DNA of 64,000 nucleotides from Perkinsus olseni (Eukaryota): NCBI GenBank assembly GCA_013115125.1, contig JABANN010000005.1, positions 62,001 to 126,000 of the forward strand, read 5' to 3'. Shown piece by piece: positions 61,635 to 64,000 of this stretch (position 1 is its first letter; each line of letters starts with the position of its first letter). The notes under the pieces were generated by a model. It saw only the letters and a program-made list of their open reading frames with translations, ran no database searches and was not told where the DNA came from. The position numbers and the translations under genes were made by a program.

Positions 61635-64000
61635 CAGTTGTTGTTTTCATTCTCTGTCTTCATGATGATCATGGGATTGCGTTCCGTAGAATTGTGTGAG
61701 GAAAGGTCGCCCGTATCAGGCTGTAGAGTGAGTGGCTATGACGATAAACTATCAGTGATAATTGGGGATTTCTACTCATTGGAGCCGATCCGCCCATGAA
61801 AATTATCTCTGTGACCTCCTTATCCGTTGAACTTTAAACTCAAGGGAAGCTGGCTTCGATGATGAGACACGGCCAGTAAAAATGTTCTGAACAAAAACGT
61901 CTGACCCGCGAAAACGGCGAGAACGGATCATTCTCGTGGACTATATCATCCTGCCGCCTGAACGTTAAATCGCATCACACTCATCATTCAAACACAGTTT
62001 TACTCGACTACATGATGAATCATGATTTATGATCTCCTGGCATCCCAGGCAAATACCGATACTTTGCTAACTTATCACACCATCCAGAGCACACCACCCA
62101 GCACAGAACTCTTTGCGGACACCCGGGTCAATCTGGTTATTTGCTACGCAGCGTAGCCTCCGCTTCTATCGTTCTGCTGCCGTATCGGCGATACGGTATC
62201 GCATCAATACCTCCTGGACTCAGTCGTGAGCCTGAAACCAACACTCGCCATACTGAACAACAACGAAGAAAACCCGATTGTACGGGAAACGGCGAGTTGT
62301 TCTCACGTATGCGCGTAATAATTTTTCCCATAAGCACTTGTCGCAGTCACGGTCAGGTAGCATAGGAGTATGTGCTCAGCTGCGGCGCGTGGCAGTCTCC
62401 TCGTTACTCAGAATCAGAGTACCTGTAGTGAGAAGCAGTGGGAGTCGGCCAAGAAGTTCTACTCGCCTTTACGGGTGGCTTCAGCGTGCCCGGGAATGAG
62501 CGACTCAGTCACAGCGTGACTGTAGGAAGCTATTTGACTCGCTCACTAATAGCTTCCTGCACTCCACTAGAATAAATTCCCAAACACAAAGCTTCGTATA
62601 GAAACACACTCATGCCATGATACAATTCAACCACACGCTGAACCACACTACACCAGTTTCGTTAACACCAAACAACGCACCGTTCGGCTGATCGGTGCGC
62701 TTGGACCCCTCTTCCTTGTCGCCGCATCACGTACATAAATACACATGTCGTAGCGAGCATCGACCGAATATTTCCCCATCGCGAGAGAGTAGCATGATAC
62801 AGTTTTCCAGAGCGGCCGGGCCCACAGCTGAAGCCGAAGATCATGCGGTCGGACCCAAAAGTGCTGCCCCCCACCTTGATCAAGAACTGCCTGTCAGGGT
62901 TTGATGCGGATTCTGTAGAAGGCTTTGCTGATGTCTAAGAATGTGATTGAGCCCCGAGCCTACCAGCATGACCCGCATAATCTCATCAGCTGTGAGATAT
63001 CGCAGCCCGTGTAGCCTGCCCACGGTAGTATGGCATTTCAGATTCTGGCGTCGCTGCACGGCCTGACCTTGGTGGTCTTTGTTCTACCCTGCCAGACAGG
63101 GAAGATTACGAATGCCTGGAGTACTCCAGTGGAGTACTCCAGTGGAGTACAAAACTCTTGTGAAAACGAATTCAACCAGACTTTAGACCTGCGGCTCCAC
63201 CGCTCTCGATCACTCGAGCACCCGGCCAATGATGTACAAGATCTAGCTTTTTGAGGACGAACGGTGTGCTGCCATCGACAGCCTGTCCGCGATATTCTTA
63301 GGCCCTATCCCGCGGAGAACGCCGACGGGAGTGCTTGCTATGGGGACGATCACTTTCTCACAGCGAGAAGAACAGCGTCGGCGATAGAACAATGGATCAG
63401 ATGTAAACTCGCTTCAAGAGGCCGCTTTTAGAAATCATCTCCACAATTCTTCTCCTTGGGGTTATCACTGATCAGGCCTTAATGAGCAAGGAAAGTCCAC
63501 GAACGAGTCGCCCCGCAGCACGGTAAGTTGGACAGGTGACCGGTAGATGAACTTCACTATACCAGTCACGAGGGACGCGGCTCCCCGTCTGGGCCGCCCC
63601 TCGGAAGGGGCATCCGGTGATAACAGCATTATAGTCAGCTTTGAGATTATGCAAATAGCTGTCGATGCGATGAACATTTCTTCATTATCGGTCTAAAGAG
63701 AACTTTCAAAAAATTCCCTGCGAACAATTTTCCCTAAGGAAAATTGCTTCCTATTTGCACAGTATTTTTCAATAGTTTGGCTGTCATCCGCGCACACGCC
63801 CTTACGGTGAGGGCCTTACTTTTTCAGTATCCAGAGTGTGAAGCAGGTCCACCTTGAATTCATAACTTACGACAAGAGTCTTGTCACTAGACTCTTGGTG
63901 ATCGCATGCTCAGCGCCTCCCTCGCGTTGAGCACTTATGGACCCCCATTGGGGAGATTCCGACATGCGTAGTCGAGCAAACCGGAGCCCGGCTAGCGGAC

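Noticed and set aside
63116-63150. 13-bp tandem unit TGGAGTACTCCAG (~2.6 copies, palindromic core)
   Set aside because: Short slippage duplication with no supporting context.
61700-64000. Possible gene(s) in the terminal 2.3 kb
   Set aside because: Only short ORFs, with no motif or convincing exon chain recognised.

Overview
Eukaryotic, gene-dense DNA of roughly even GC content, with many short (~45-60 nt) GT-AG introns, so the ORF track mostly shows exon fragments and antisense noise. The style and gene content suggest a flagellated alveolate protist, most likely Perkinsus-like; this is inference, not proven. From left to right the recognisable elements are: CFAP61 (minus), a TPR protein, a Tc1/mariner-type MITE, the DEAD-box helicase DBP10/DDX54, a type II pantothenate kinase, a helical-repeat protein with a C-terminal HAE...PCxxC zinc deaminase domain, an FCP1-like CTD phosphatase with BRCT, a probably GPI-anchored cathepsin L-like protease, large unknown and coiled-coil genes, a C-terminal Myb/SANT protein, a 13-kb tandem array of 8 intronless paralogs (2 intact, 6 damaged), an unknown membrane protein, an mS25/L51/CI-B8-like protein and an ARGLU1-like protein. 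The best candidate for a new system is the OPR/HPR-like repeat + deaminase fusion with a mitochondrial-type presequence, an architecture analogous to PPR-DYW RNA editors. The second is the intronless F-box-like/beta-rich birth-and-death array. Gene boundaries were spliced by eye and are approximate where stated.
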